Source: a virus
IMG/VR virus record: IMGVR_UViG_3300028027_000054
Location: 1 to 64,000 of that record
DNA length: 64,000 bases
Direction: 5' to 3' (one strand)
Shown: positions 18,739 through 30,200 of the stretch, piece by piece
How the letters are laid out: the number at the start of each line of letters is the position of its first letter
Position numbering within the stretch: position 1 is the stretch's first letter
Program-made: the position numbers and the translations under genes
The notes under the pieces: generated by a model
Seen by the model: only the letters and a program-made list of their open reading frames with translations
Database searches by the model: none
What the model was told of the DNA's origin: nothing

Positions 18739-21700
18739 ATGGCTGAAGACTTTCCGCAACAAATGCTGAATACCGGTATTCCTGCAGGACTGCTTGATGG
18801 TAAAGGTGTGCCAGTATCTCCTTGGGCTACAACGCCTGCAAGTCAGGTAAATGACCCTAATGTTGATCCGAGACATGTTTTAATGGGTCAGGTAACTCGT
18901 GCTATACCAAGTAGTCTTAGTGGTCCTATTCGTTCTTCTGCAAGAGAAGCTGAAAAATATATTGGGCAGGACTTTGGATTCCTGCCTTCTTCTGTCCGGG
19001 ATAATGAAGACTTCTATGCCCAGTATCAGTCTGGTATGGAGAAGATCGGTAAAGGACTATTAAAACTCCCACTATATACCGTAACCAAACTTGGATCAGG
19101 TGTAGGCTTTATTGCCGGTATGGCCAATCCAGTAAACTGGTTTGCAGAAGATGGTTACATCTCTGCTGTAGCTGACAACTCGATCAGCGGGTTCTTTGAC
19201 AGCTGGGAACAGGATATCAAGAACCAATGGTTACCCACTTTTCAGGAGGCTGAAGACCAGGATAAAGGTTTCTTTGCAAGAGCAGCTACTGATGTTGACT
19301 TCTGGACTGAAGACTTTGTAGATGGTTTGGCGTTCATGGCGTCTGCTTGGGTACCAGGTATGGCACTTAGTAAGGTGGGAGCAGGAGCTAAAGCCATTGC
19401 AGGCTTGGCTAAGTTTGGATCCAGGGGACTGGGAGCTGTTGGGGAGTCTGTAGAAGCTGTTGCAGCTACTACAAACTATTTCAAGAATGCAGCTAAATAT
19501 GCTAAGACCTTAGATAAGTTCAATGCCTGGGCTCTGGCAACTTCTTCTGAAGCTATGTTTGAAGCCAAGGGTGTCAAGGAAAATGTTTTAAAGTCTTTGG
19601 AAGGTCTTGACATGCCTGAGTCTGAGAAAAAGAAGATAGCTGGTGATAATGCCCGTAATGCATTCTTGATGAATGCTGCTCTTCTTGGTGCTACCAACGT
19701 CTTTGAACTTTCACTGGTTTCTAAAATGCTTAATAAAACCAGTGGTGTAGCGTCAGGTATTACAGGTGGTGCTAAGCTGGGAGAAGATGTAGCCGTAAAA
19801 CAGGCTACAACCCAAGTGGGTAAGTTCCTGGAAAGCGGGTTTGGCAGGTTTGCTAAAGACGCTACTGCTGGTGTATTCCGTGAAGGTTTTATAGAAGAGA
19901 ATGGACAGCTGGCTATTCAACGATTCAATGAACAGTATGGTGCTGCCGGTAAGGTGGCAGACATGCTGGATTTTAATACTTATGCTGAACTGGGTGGGAA
20001 CTACCTGAAGCAAACCTACGGAGCACTGGCAGGTGATGACACAGAAGCTGCTACCAGCATTGGTCTGGGTGGTATCCTGGGAGGTGGTATGACCGCTATC
20101 GGTAATGCCCGCCAGGCTCCTAAAGATAAACTCACTACAGAAGAGGCCGTTGACTACTATAACAAGTCCCAGGAAAGCTGGTTGAAGTTTGGTAACATCT
20201 ACCAGACAGAACAAGTTGTTACTAAAGACGCCAGTGGTAACGATGTAGTCACTGAAAAGATAAAGCTGGATCAGAACAACCAGCCGATGATGGACCAGCA
20301 GAAACTGGCTGGTATAGCCAGCTCGGTAAGATCCAACGCTGCTGCTATAGATCAGACGGACAATGACACAAACATGACCCGTCGCAACCTAGTAAGGGAT
20401 AACGCCTTTGCAGATTTTGTACTGGCCCATGTCAACGCCAACATGGAAGATACCCTGTTGGAGAAGCTTGATGCTATTGCAAACAGCTCACCTGAAGAGC
20501 TGGCCAAGCTCGGTTTTGTAGCAGATAAGACCCTGCCTGAACAGATTGCCCGTTATAAGTCACTAGCCAGTACGATCATCAAGCAGAATAAGATCATCAA
20601 TGCAGATATCATATTTGATGGTTCTAAAGAAGACGCTGCAAGAAAATCCCGTCTGACGCAACTTGCTGCCCAGCAAGCTGTGTACAAAGGTCTTGCTGCA
20701 GAAGAACAGGTAAAATATAATGAGATCCGTAACCAGGCCGTCAGCTCTGAAAACTCTTCTTTGTCAGATGGTCTTGTAGAACAGCTTAACGGTATCAAGC
20801 TTAGGATCACTAGCCAGGAACAGTTCATCAAGGAGCTTAAAGCTCAACCCAATAATCTCACCAAGTCACAGATAAAAGTAGCACAGGATCTTTTAGATAA
20901 CCTTAAAGAACAGCTGGCAAGTCTGGAGAAGACCAACGAGCTGTCTGTAAAGAACCTGAAGACGTTCAACAACGGGTTATACCAGTTTGAGAAGGATGCC
21001 CGCAATGAAGTGGCTTATCTGATTCCCATGCTGAAAAGGATGAAGTACAAAGGTGAGCTAGATAACCACGTTGAAACCCTCGGAAAAGAATGGGGATACT
21101 ATGCAGATTTCAATGATGGTAAGAAGAACTTCCTGGACATGTTCATTGAACAGCAGATCCAGGGACCTGTAAATAGCATTATAGAAGCAGAAAACAACCA
21201 GCCTCAACTTCCACCAGCTGCTCTGGCATCGCCACAAGGTCCAGCTACTCCTCCTCCTGGTCCTTCTGCAGGGCCACAACCTGGTGGTGCTGCACAGACA
21301 CAACCTGCCCCTACTCAGCAACAGACTTATGATGACCTGGAGAAGTTCCTTCAGGCAGAGTATGACATGGTAAAGCAAGCTCTGGAGGCTCAGGGAAACC
21401 CTGTGCCCAGTTATACAGACTGGAAACGTACTGCAGGCATAGAAGCTACTAAGCGTTTTATGGCTAAGAAAGGACAGCAACAACAAGGTGCACAGCAACA
21501 ACCTGCAGCTACCCCTGCTCTTACAGAAATGGAAAAAGCAGAAGAAAGGTTAAGACAAATATGGAACACCATAGGAAACGGTCCAGGTAGAAACGCAATA
21601 GAAGATGGTTGGACTGAGTCATTTGGACTTTTAGGTGATACTCTGAGTGTTGGTGGAGACAACCTGCAAGCTCATGGTATGGGTAAATCCGGGTTTGCTT

Positions 21701-24267
21701 ACGCTATAAAAGACTTGTTTGATCTATTCAAAAAAGGAATAGATCCTAACAGAGGTGGTGGTCGTTTGTATACTGCCCCACTTGCTGTGTCTAAAGAAAA
21801 TAAAGCAGCTGCTTCTGCAACAGGAACATCTGGAGGAACAGCTTATGCAGACGGTTCATTTATGTTGGTTGCCAAAAAAGGAATTCTTGGCATAAGCAAT
21901 GTAAATGATATTGGTGGTATCCTTGTTAACAGCGGCTTAACCGATATCAACCCAGAAATTCTTACAGAACTAAGAAAAGCTTTCCCTGGTTTAGTTATAG
22001 AAAGTTACAAAGGTGCTAAAGAACTAGTACAGAAACTTAATAATAACGCTCCACAAACTTCTACTTCTGCACCGGCAGCTCCTGTAGTTACAGATGTTGA
22101 AGAACCCGCTGAACAAACTACCAAAGAAGAACAACAGGCTCCTGCATCTACGTTAGAGAAAGAACTGAATGACCTGGCTAACCAACTCCGTAATGATGTT
22201 GGTATTCGGACTGAGCTTAGGTTCATGAAAGCTGGATCTATTGGATATGATAAAGACGGTAACAAGTACCAGTTAGTATCTAAGAAAGATAAGTACGGAC
22301 GCAGCCTTGAGTATCGTAAGAACGATGGACAGGAACAAAGCTTTAATCCAAAGACAGCTTCTCAGCAATCTGGCAGCCTGGATTATTATCCTGAAGGGTT
22401 TGTTAACTTATACAGTAAGAACCCCAAAGCTACCTTTGACAAGTACGAGAAAGATAAAGCTGCCATAGAAGAAAAGTACAGGCAGATAGAGGCTGCTAAA
22501 GCCCAGGCAGAGCAGAGTCAGTCTCAAGCAGACCAGACTGATCCGGAAGAAGAGGATACATCTAAAGATGTCAAGGACTTTGTACAGGACATTAACAAGA
22601 ACCGTACCCAGTCTAACCAGAACAATGCTTTTGCCAATGCGGAATACCAGGAAGGTTTCAGGCAGGTGGCTCCTTCTAACTCACTGGCCAACACTACAGA
22701 TCTGGTAAACGTAGTAGAGTTTGCAGCTAACCAGATCCGCTATGAAAGAGGAGATGTAAACAAGAACTATGTCTTTGATGTAGCTACCAGCACTTTTATG
22801 CCCGGTCAAAAGGTTACATATAAAGTCATGGTGGATGGTTTTGAACCCGTGGTGAACCGTCTCACTGGTGAGATGTATGATAAGAGTGCTCTATACAATG
22901 AGAACTGGAATGCTGTACAGAGCATGTTTGACTTTATTCCTATCGGGGTGTTTGCTAACATCCGTGGAAAAGAAGTCATGATCGGTACCATACATGAACC
23001 ACAGTGGATTGAGTATAAGATCGGTAACAAGTATCCGCACATTGCTGTTCCTCAGGACCAGATTGACCAGGCAGTGCCTGATGTAGTAAAAGAACAGGTC
23101 CAAAAAAATAGAGAACTTCGTAAGTTTATCTTGGAGAACTACAACCAAAATCATAACTTTGTTATAGAGGGAGTTGTAGAAGATAAATCCATGGGTATAC
23201 TAAGAACTACAGAATCTGTTGATCCTATCAGCAAGCGGGTAAATCCGAAGATTGCAGAAGGCGGTACAGACAACCGTCATGGTATGTTTGGTATCGTCAA
23301 GGACGGTATGATCCAGTCAGACCGTAATGTAGAAATAGACAACATCATCCCTACAGAATCTTTCTCTCCTCAAAATATTGCTAACTATCAGGGTGTAGCA
23401 GTGCTTATGTTGCCGACACCACTGGGCAAATGGTTCCCTTCCTTTATCCAACTGCCCAATGTTTCTACAGAGCAGTCTGAGTTTATCATTGAAGCATGGA
23501 AAGCTTTTACAAAACAGACCAATAATCCGGAAATAGTAAAAGCAGTGTATGATGCCATGGGTCTTACCCAGTCTGCCGACAGTTTTGCTGTTGGTGTACT
23601 GAGAGATTACATCCACCACTACATCACAATAGTAGATGAGAAAGGAATATCCCGTACAGGAACAGGTAGTGAGCTTTCTCCAGGCAGTGCCAGGATAAAC
23701 ATTACAAACAAGGGAGGCCTGGAACTGCAGGTAAAAGGTTTAGACCGCAGTTGGTATACCACCGCTGAGCCGATCATGAAAGCAGAAAACCTGCCGGTAG
23801 ACTACCTGCAGAAGATGAGCAACCTGAAAACCACTATTAGGTTTGAAAATGCTAAGAATGACAGCTTAAAAGGGATCAACTCTACAGACAAAGCCACCAT
23901 ACTTTCTATTAAGAACGGTAAGCTGGTCAAAGAAAACATAACGTACAACCAGTACATTATGGACCGTGCAGGAACTTTTGTAGACAACGGTATCCCAAGT
24001 AAGAATGCCTTTGGTGACTGGGTGTATTTTGCCAACCCTGTGGTGAAGATGAAAATGACCAATGCTTCAGATCCTAATGAAGGACAGTCTGAATCTAAAA
24101 AAGAAGTAACACCTACTCCTACAGTAGACCAGGTTAACACACCTCGTGAAGATAAAGGTGCGGCTCTCCTGGCAGCTCTTAAATCCAAGAGGCTTCAGGA
24201 AGAGCAGATGGAAGAACAGAAGAAAAACTGTACTAGCCTGAGAAGCAAGCTTGATAACATAATGTAA
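18739..24267 (+). CDS. large virion cargo/ejection protein with membrane-inserting segments
   Basis: 1842 aa. Gly/Ala-rich hydrophobic segments in the N-terminal 460 aa, coiled coils, and P/Q/A linkers around inserted domains. Single Cys at residue 1831. Confidence 0.6.
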   Translation: MAEDFPQQMLNTGIPAGLLDGKGVPVSPWATTPASQVNDPNVDPRHVLMGQVTRAIPSSLSGPIRSSAREAEKYIGQDFGFLPSSVRDNEDFYAQYQSGMEKIGKGLLKLPLYTVTKLGSGVGFIAGMANPVNWFAEDGYISAVADNSISGFFDSWEQDIKNQWLPTFQEAEDQDKGFFARAATDVDFWTEDFVDGLAFMASAWVPGMALSKVGAGAKAIAGLAKFGSRGLGAVGESVEAVAATTNYFKNAAKYAKTLDKFNAWALATSSEAMFEAKGVKENVLKSLEGLDMPESEKKKIAGDNARNAFLMNAALLGATNVFELSLVSKMLNKTSGVASGITGGAKLGEDVAVKQATTQVGKFLESGFGRFAKDATAGVFREGFIEENGQLAIQRFNEQYGAAGKVADMLDFNTYAELGGNYLKQTYGALAGDDTEAATSIGLGGILGGGMTAIGNARQAPKDKLTTEEAVDYYNKSQESWLKFGNIYQTEQVVTKDASGNDVVTEKIKLDQNNQPMMDQQKLAGIASSVRSNAAAIDQTDNDTNMTRRNLVRDNAFADFVLAHVNANMEDTLLEKLDAIANSSPEELAKLGFVADKTLPEQIARYKSLASTIIKQNKIINADIIFDGSKEDAARKSRLTQLAAQQAVYKGLAAEEQVKYNEIRNQAVSSENSSLSDGLVEQLNGIKLRITSQEQFIKELKAQPNNLTKSQIKVAQDLLDNLKEQLASLEKTNELSVKNLKTFNNGLYQFEKDARNEVAYLIPMLKRMKYKGELDNHVETLGKEWGYYADFNDGKKNFLDMFIEQQIQGPVNSIIEAENNQPQLPPAALASPQGPATPPPGPSAGPQPGGAAQTQPAPTQQQTYDDLEKFLQAEYDMVKQALEAQGNPVPSYTDWKRTAGIEATKRFMAKKGQQQQGAQQQPAATPALTEMEKAEERLRQIWNTIGNGPGRNAIEDGWTESFGLLGDTLSVGGDNLQAHGMGKSGFAYAIKDLFDLFKKGIDPNRGGGRLYTAPLAVSKENKAAASATGTSGGTAYADGSFMLVAKKGILGISNVNDIGGILVNSGLTDINPEILTELRKAFPGLVIESYKGAKELVQKLNNNAPQTSTSAPAAPVVTDVEEPAEQTTKEEQQAPASTLEKELNDLANQLRNDVGIRTELRFMKAGSIGYDKDGNKYQLVSKKDKYGRSLEYRKNDGQEQSFNPKTASQQSGSLDYYPEGFVNLYSKNPKATFDKYEKDKAAIEEKYRQIEAAKAQAEQSQSQADQTDPEEEDTSKDVKDFVQDINKNRTQSNQNNAFANAEYQEGFRQVAPSNSLANTTDLVNVVEFAANQIRYERGDVNKNYVFDVATSTFMPGQKVTYKVMVDGFEPVVNRLTGEMYDKSALYNENWNAVQSMFDFIPIGVFANIRGKEVMIGTIHEPQWIEYKIGNKYPHIAVPQDQIDQAVPDVVKEQVQKNRELRKFILENYNQNHNFVIEGVVEDKSMGILRTTESVDPISKRVNPKIAEGGTDNRHGMFGIVKDGMIQSDRNVEIDNIIPTESFSPQNIANYQGVAVLMLPTPLGKWFPSFIQLPNVSTEQSEFIIEAWKAFTKQTNNPEIVKAVYDAMGLTQSADSFAVGVLRDYIHHYITIVDEKGISRTGTGSELSPGSARINITNKGGLELQVKGLDRSWYTTAEPIMKAENLPVDYLQKMSNLKTTIRFENAKNDSLKGINSTDKATILSIKNGKLVKENITYNQYIMDRAGTFVDNGIPSKNAFGDWVYFANPVVKMKMTNASDPNEGQSESKKEVTPTPTVDQVNTPREDKGAALLAALKSKRLQEEQMEEQKKNCTSLRSKLDNIM

Positions 24268-24283
24268 TCTTATCCTATACCCT

Positions 24284-27200
24284 ATGATTTGTCCTAACAT
24301 TACCAGTCCGGAGTGGAAAGCTTTGGTTGCCAAGGTCGGTGAAAATCGTGCTTGGAAAGAGTTTTTGATATATGGAAAAACCCCCAGTGCTGATAACTAT
24401 GAAATCATAGATGCAGCAGCTGTGAAAGATAATACAGGTAAAGCATCTGAAGTTTTAGAATTTAGAGCTTTTCAGAGTTTTAAAGAGTATGAAGAGTTTC
24501 TGGAAGTAAAGAGGGATTTTACTAACGATTTTGCTAGTGCCTATCTAAAGCATTCTGCTGCTATAGATTTTGTTGATAGAATCTTTGATAAAGTTTTTCC
24601 TGGTGAAATGACCTGGGGTAACTACATTATTGATCCTAAAACAGGACAGACTAAGTTTATAGTAGATAATGAACCATTAGCAGGTATGACTGCAGAAGAG
24701 TTAAACAAAATGGTTCGTGCTAAGTTCAACACATGGTTTAAAGCAAACCTTAAACGAGAGTTGGATACAGAAACCATTAACTTAAATGGTAAAGAAATAA
24801 ATATTAAAAATCCTTCTACCACTGAAGAAAGAGTAGCACGTACAATTTTTGATCTTTTTGCTACCTTTAAACCAGCAGTTGAAAATTATGTATTTTCTAA
24901 AGAAGGTTTAGAAGCTGATGTTATTAATGACTTATCAGTTAAATACAAAGTTGTTGTCTATAATCCGGACAATGATGAAGACAAACAAGTGTTTCGTTCT
25001 ATCAGGACAAAATCTACTGAGCAGATTGCAGCAGGTATTAGTAAGGACCTGATCCGTTCACAGAAAGATCTGAAATATACTTCTCACATCATGGCCAGTG
25101 TGATCAACACACTGGGTGATATAGCTCCTAACAGGAAGCTGGAGGTATCTCCGGCCCAGGCTTTTAATACCGTAAAGGGTATTTATGCTGAAGTGGCTGA
25201 TAACCTGAAGATGGCCCTTAACGGTATCGTTGGTTCTGATCAGGACCTGGCGGAAGTAAAAGCTTCAGCGTCTTATAATGACATTCTCAATGAGTTTCCG
25301 GTATTGGCTTATGTCAACAGCTATGACGATATGGTCAGTGCTGCAGAAACGTATGATACTATAGTATCCAACTTTGATAAATATAAAGAATCTGTTGTAG
25401 CAGAGCTGGCCCGTAAGGGTATCCGTATGGGAAAAAACACCATACAGATGGTAGATCCTGCTGATGTAGCTGTACAGGAAGTTGATGACGCAGAAAACAC
25501 AGAGATCAGCCAGGATGAAATCGGTGATCGTTATGACCGCAGTGTTTTTGAAACCAATCCCCGTGACACAGCCAGCGTAAGGGTCAAAGCTCTTGTGCAA
25601 ACCATTAAGACCGGTGAGTACGAACTAGGCATTCCCGTATATGCAGATCCAAATGATGTGTTTGCAGATATCCTGCAGGCTGGCAGTGAAATGGCACTTA
25701 CTGGTTTTACGGATGCTTCCGGTAAGTTCCAGGCATTTAAGTTTGCCATCATCAAGCGTGCTGAGGCAAGACCCTATCTGAATGATTTTCTTACCAAGCT
25801 TAACCGCTTTGAGCAAAACAACGAGTGGGAAAAGATCAATGACATTCTAACTTTTGCCACTAAAGCATTTGCTAACGAGACCCTGCTTCTTTACAAGACC
25901 CGTAAAGATGGTAACCAGGTAACTGGTATCACTGACGTAAAAGTGATCAACGCCAACCGTGACACCGTGGAAGACCAGGTGTCAAGAGAGTGGCTGGAAT
26001 CCCACAAGCAGTCTGCATTCTTTAATCGTTCTTCCCTGAATGAACTTAAAGTCAATCCTGAGAAACTGCAGAGACTGGGTAAGATCATTGAAGAAGGTAA
26101 AGCAGCTGTAGGACCAGCCAAGACCGCTAAGTTTAAAGAGTTCTTTGCTACACTGGGTATTGAGTTTACTGACGCTGAACTGGCTTATATAACTCCCCGT
26201 TTGTCTAAGGCACTTGGTAAAGGACCTGACTTTGATATCGTCTTTGGAAAGAAGAACCTTTTAGATAACATATACACTTCTTTTACAAAAAACGCCTCCC
26301 AGGTATTTGATGATAACTATGGATTTCAGGATGAAAAAGGTAACATGCGTAAGCTGGCTACCCTGTACTATGAAGCCAACCCTGGAAGATATAAGCTGGC
26401 CTCAGCCCAGACTGCAGACGGTAAGCAGAAATACCTGTACATCCTGACCAACTTTATTGAAAAAAAGAAACGCCAGTGGAACCTGGGTCAGTACGCCAAC
26501 GTCACCAATAGTGCTCTTGCCCGTCCCAACAGGTCTTTCTGGGATAAGGTAAAAAGCGGAGTGAACAGTTTTATACCCCAGTACTTTAACGGTATCCGTG
26601 AACAACAAGCGGGTAAAGACGGTAAGGTGAGAAAGTCCCTTACTGAAAAAGAGCAGACCGTAACCATGTTGCTCAAGCATCAGGAGAATCTTAATGTCGC
26701 TACCTATATCAACTTCACGTTGTCAGATAAGACCACTACCATAGAAACCAAAATGACCAAGGAGTTCTTTGTAGATGGTAATGACCAGCCTCTGGGTAAG
26801 GGTCGTGATTATATTGTAAACGAGAAAGGTGAGCTGCAGTTTACATCAGGCCTTGGACAAAGAGCTTATGATGCATTTGTAGCTCCTGAGGTGAGCCGTA
26901 TCTTGGCTGCCATTAAACATGGCAAGGATATTAACCTGGAGAACTTCGACATAGCCAGTAAGCTGTTTTATTTTATTCCTTCCCTGAACTCCAATCCAAA
27001 CCTGGAAGAGTTCCGTAGTGATCTGTATGCTGGTCAACTGACTATAGACCAGCTTAATGCCAAACATGGCACCGCTGTAGGTCAGGCTGTACTGGAAGAC
27101 ATGCAGCAGTCTGCAGAACAACAGATAGACCAGTTTATTGCCAACGGTATTTTGAAAGTAGAAAATGGTGCATACTCATTCCCAACTTCTATAAACGGGT

Positions 27201-30200
27201 TCAAGAACACAGACTATGTCAACCGGTTGCGTCAGTCAGGGGTTAAAGGTCGTGACGCAGCACGTCTGATGCTGCTGGACATGAAGCTAAATTACCAGAA
27301 CACCCAGGTAAAGATGATCCAGTTCCTGAGGTTTGATCCGGCCCTGGCATTTAAAAAGTTCAAGGGCTTTACCAATCCGGGTACATTTACAGACATATCT
27401 GCTGCAGACAGGATTAACCTGGTTTCTACCACATGGGATGAATTCTCCAAGCGTGCTGCTGCCTTGATTGCCCCTGGTAGCCAGGGAAGCTATAGCTGGA
27501 AGACCAAGGATGGTGAGACTTATTCTTCTCCTTCTTATGAAGCAGTTACTGCTGCTGACGTAGACTACAAGATTGGAGAAACAGATAATACTACAACAGA
27601 TGCTCAAGAATACATTACACTTAATGAGCATATAGATAACCTCATGTCAGAAGGTAAGATCCCTCTGGAGATCTGGCAGTCTATCTATGATAAAATTGAA
27701 AAAGCCGGTCCTGGTGGATACTATGAACTCAGCGGTGAAGAGCTGGGTTATGTATTCACACCTACTAAACCTGTACAGGTAAACGACGTAGACGAAGGAT
27801 CTGCAGAAGCAGGTCTGAACCGTATTGACTATGTAAAGAGCTCCCGTTATCCGTTGATTCCCCAGCATGAAGCAGGAAGTGAGCGTGATAAGATGCGTGG
27901 CTGGATGGAGCGTAATAACATCCGTGCCATCAACTTTGCTTCAGGCAAAAAGCTGGGTCGTCCTGTAAGATCAGTTACACTATTTAACGAAAATGGTTCT
28001 GAGTTTATAGAACCCTCTGCCAATGATACAGCTGCTGCCAGGCAAACGCTAAGCCGTGAAGGTCTGCGTACACAGCAGGAGATTCCGCACCAGAAAGACC
28101 AGATCCGTACGGTGTCTCAGATGAACCGTACCCTGTTTGATAATATGCTGGAGGAGAGTTTCTCTCTAAAGGGTATCCAAAAGATAAGCGGTACAGAAGC
28201 AAAGGGTTTAAAAGAACTGGTACGCTCTCGTTTGTTTGAAAAGCAGGCTGAAAAACTGCAACAGGAACTGGGAGATCTAAACAGATCCCATCGTGGTCTG
28301 CACCGTTTACTTAAAGATGTTATTCTAAATGACACCACAGGAAGCTATGGTGAAAACGATCTTAAGAGTATAGAGCTGGATGAAAAGACCGGCAAGTTTA
28401 AACTCCCGCTTGAGCAGCAGTTTAAACTCAAGAAGTTTCAGGGACTGATCAACTCTTTGATCAACAAGAACGTCATGCTTAAAGTAGAGGGATCCAGCTT
28501 TGTGCAGGTCTCTGGTGTGGGTGCTAAGTTCAACTTCTCCAACCTTAGTAAAGGTGTAAAGAGTGGAATCATCTGGACGGATAGCTACGCCAAGAACTTT
28601 AAAGACGGTGACGTTAAACTAAACTACATCCGCAAAGAGGGTGATCAGGTGAAGCCTGCCCAGGTGATTGTGTCCCAGTACCTGCGTGACAAAGAAGGAA
28701 ACCTGATTGATCTGTCTCAATATATCACTGAAAAAAACGGGGTAAAGATCCTGGATACGTCTAAGTTCTCTCCTGAAATGTTTGAGCTCGTGGGAACACG
28801 TATTCCCAACCAGTCACATCCTTCCATGCTTCCCATAGAAGTGGTAGGTTTTCTACCGGCTTATATGGAGAACACCATCATAGTCCCAGATGGTATCACC
28901 GGTCAGATGGGTTCTGACTTTGACGTAGATAAACTCTATGCTTACATCTCTAAGATGGAGCAGAAAGAAGACAAGTTTGTTCCTGTACAATATGAACTGA
29001 ACAGTACAGAAGACGTAGATAAGCTTAGTGAAGAACAGCTTGGTCAGCTCTACCGTGACATTCACTGGATGGCCCTGACGCACCCGGCTGCTTACGATAA
29101 GATCACCAAGTCTATTGACATGCCAGAGGTAAAAAGAAAGGTGGCGGAAAGAGAAGCTGAGCTGAAAAAGTATGGTATAGCTGATGACAAGGGTGTAATG
29201 CTTCCCCTGGACTTCATGACCTCTATCAACCGATTTAACGATAACCGTTCTGGTAAAGTGGGTGTAGGTGTGTTTGCCAACCTGATCTCTGCTCAAGCAG
29301 ACTTCCAGGACAAGGTACTCAGGCTGGGTATGATGCAAGATGACGTTGCAAAAGAAAAGCCTATCAAGATCAGGCTTTCTAAAAACGGAAAGGTTGTAGA
29401 TCTTCTTTACCTGGGTAAACCAGGTACTTCTAAGTCTTTTGTAGGTAAGACCCGTACTATATCTGAGAACCTGAACATCATGTTTACGGAGTCAGTGGAC
29501 AACGCCAAGAACCAGTATCTGCGTGAGTTCAACTGGGAAGAAAAAGCTATGAGTGCCATTGGTGTATTTGAAATGCTTACTGATGAGAATGGCAATGCAG
29601 CTCCTATTGAGTTTGTCATGGACCTGACTTCTCAGGAAGCCATTAAAGAACTTTTTACATCTATAGACCAGAAGCAGGACTCGTTTGGAGAGTTTGACAG
29701 CAGTGCACTAGATACCGCCACCTTAGAACTTCAGTTTAAGTACGCAAACGCCTTGGTAACCGGTGGATACTTTTCCAGTATAGCTGAGGCACAAGAGTAT
29801 TTAGTAGACGAGAACCGTGACCAGGCACTGGATCCGGAAACCCTGGATGATATGTGGTTGGTAGGTAAAGCCATCAAGTTACAGGAAGAGCAAAAGCAAG
29901 AGGCTCTAGAAAAGATAGCAAAGGATAAAGGCTACACGTCTGTTCGTGATCTGATGTTAAAATACACCACTGTTCAACATGACAGTCTGGAGCTCTTTAA
30001 GAGAATGGAGGACATAGGTCGTGAGCTAAACACCATCCTTGGTAGCGTATATACCTATACTAAAGGTATTGGTCCCAATGTATTTGCCACACGTCAGAAG
30101 CTTACCCAGCTGAATAAACTTTCTGGTTCTACAAACTTTCTTGGTCTTACTAATGTAGCTGGTGTTATCAAGCGTAATGACAGCACGGGTAAGATAGAGA

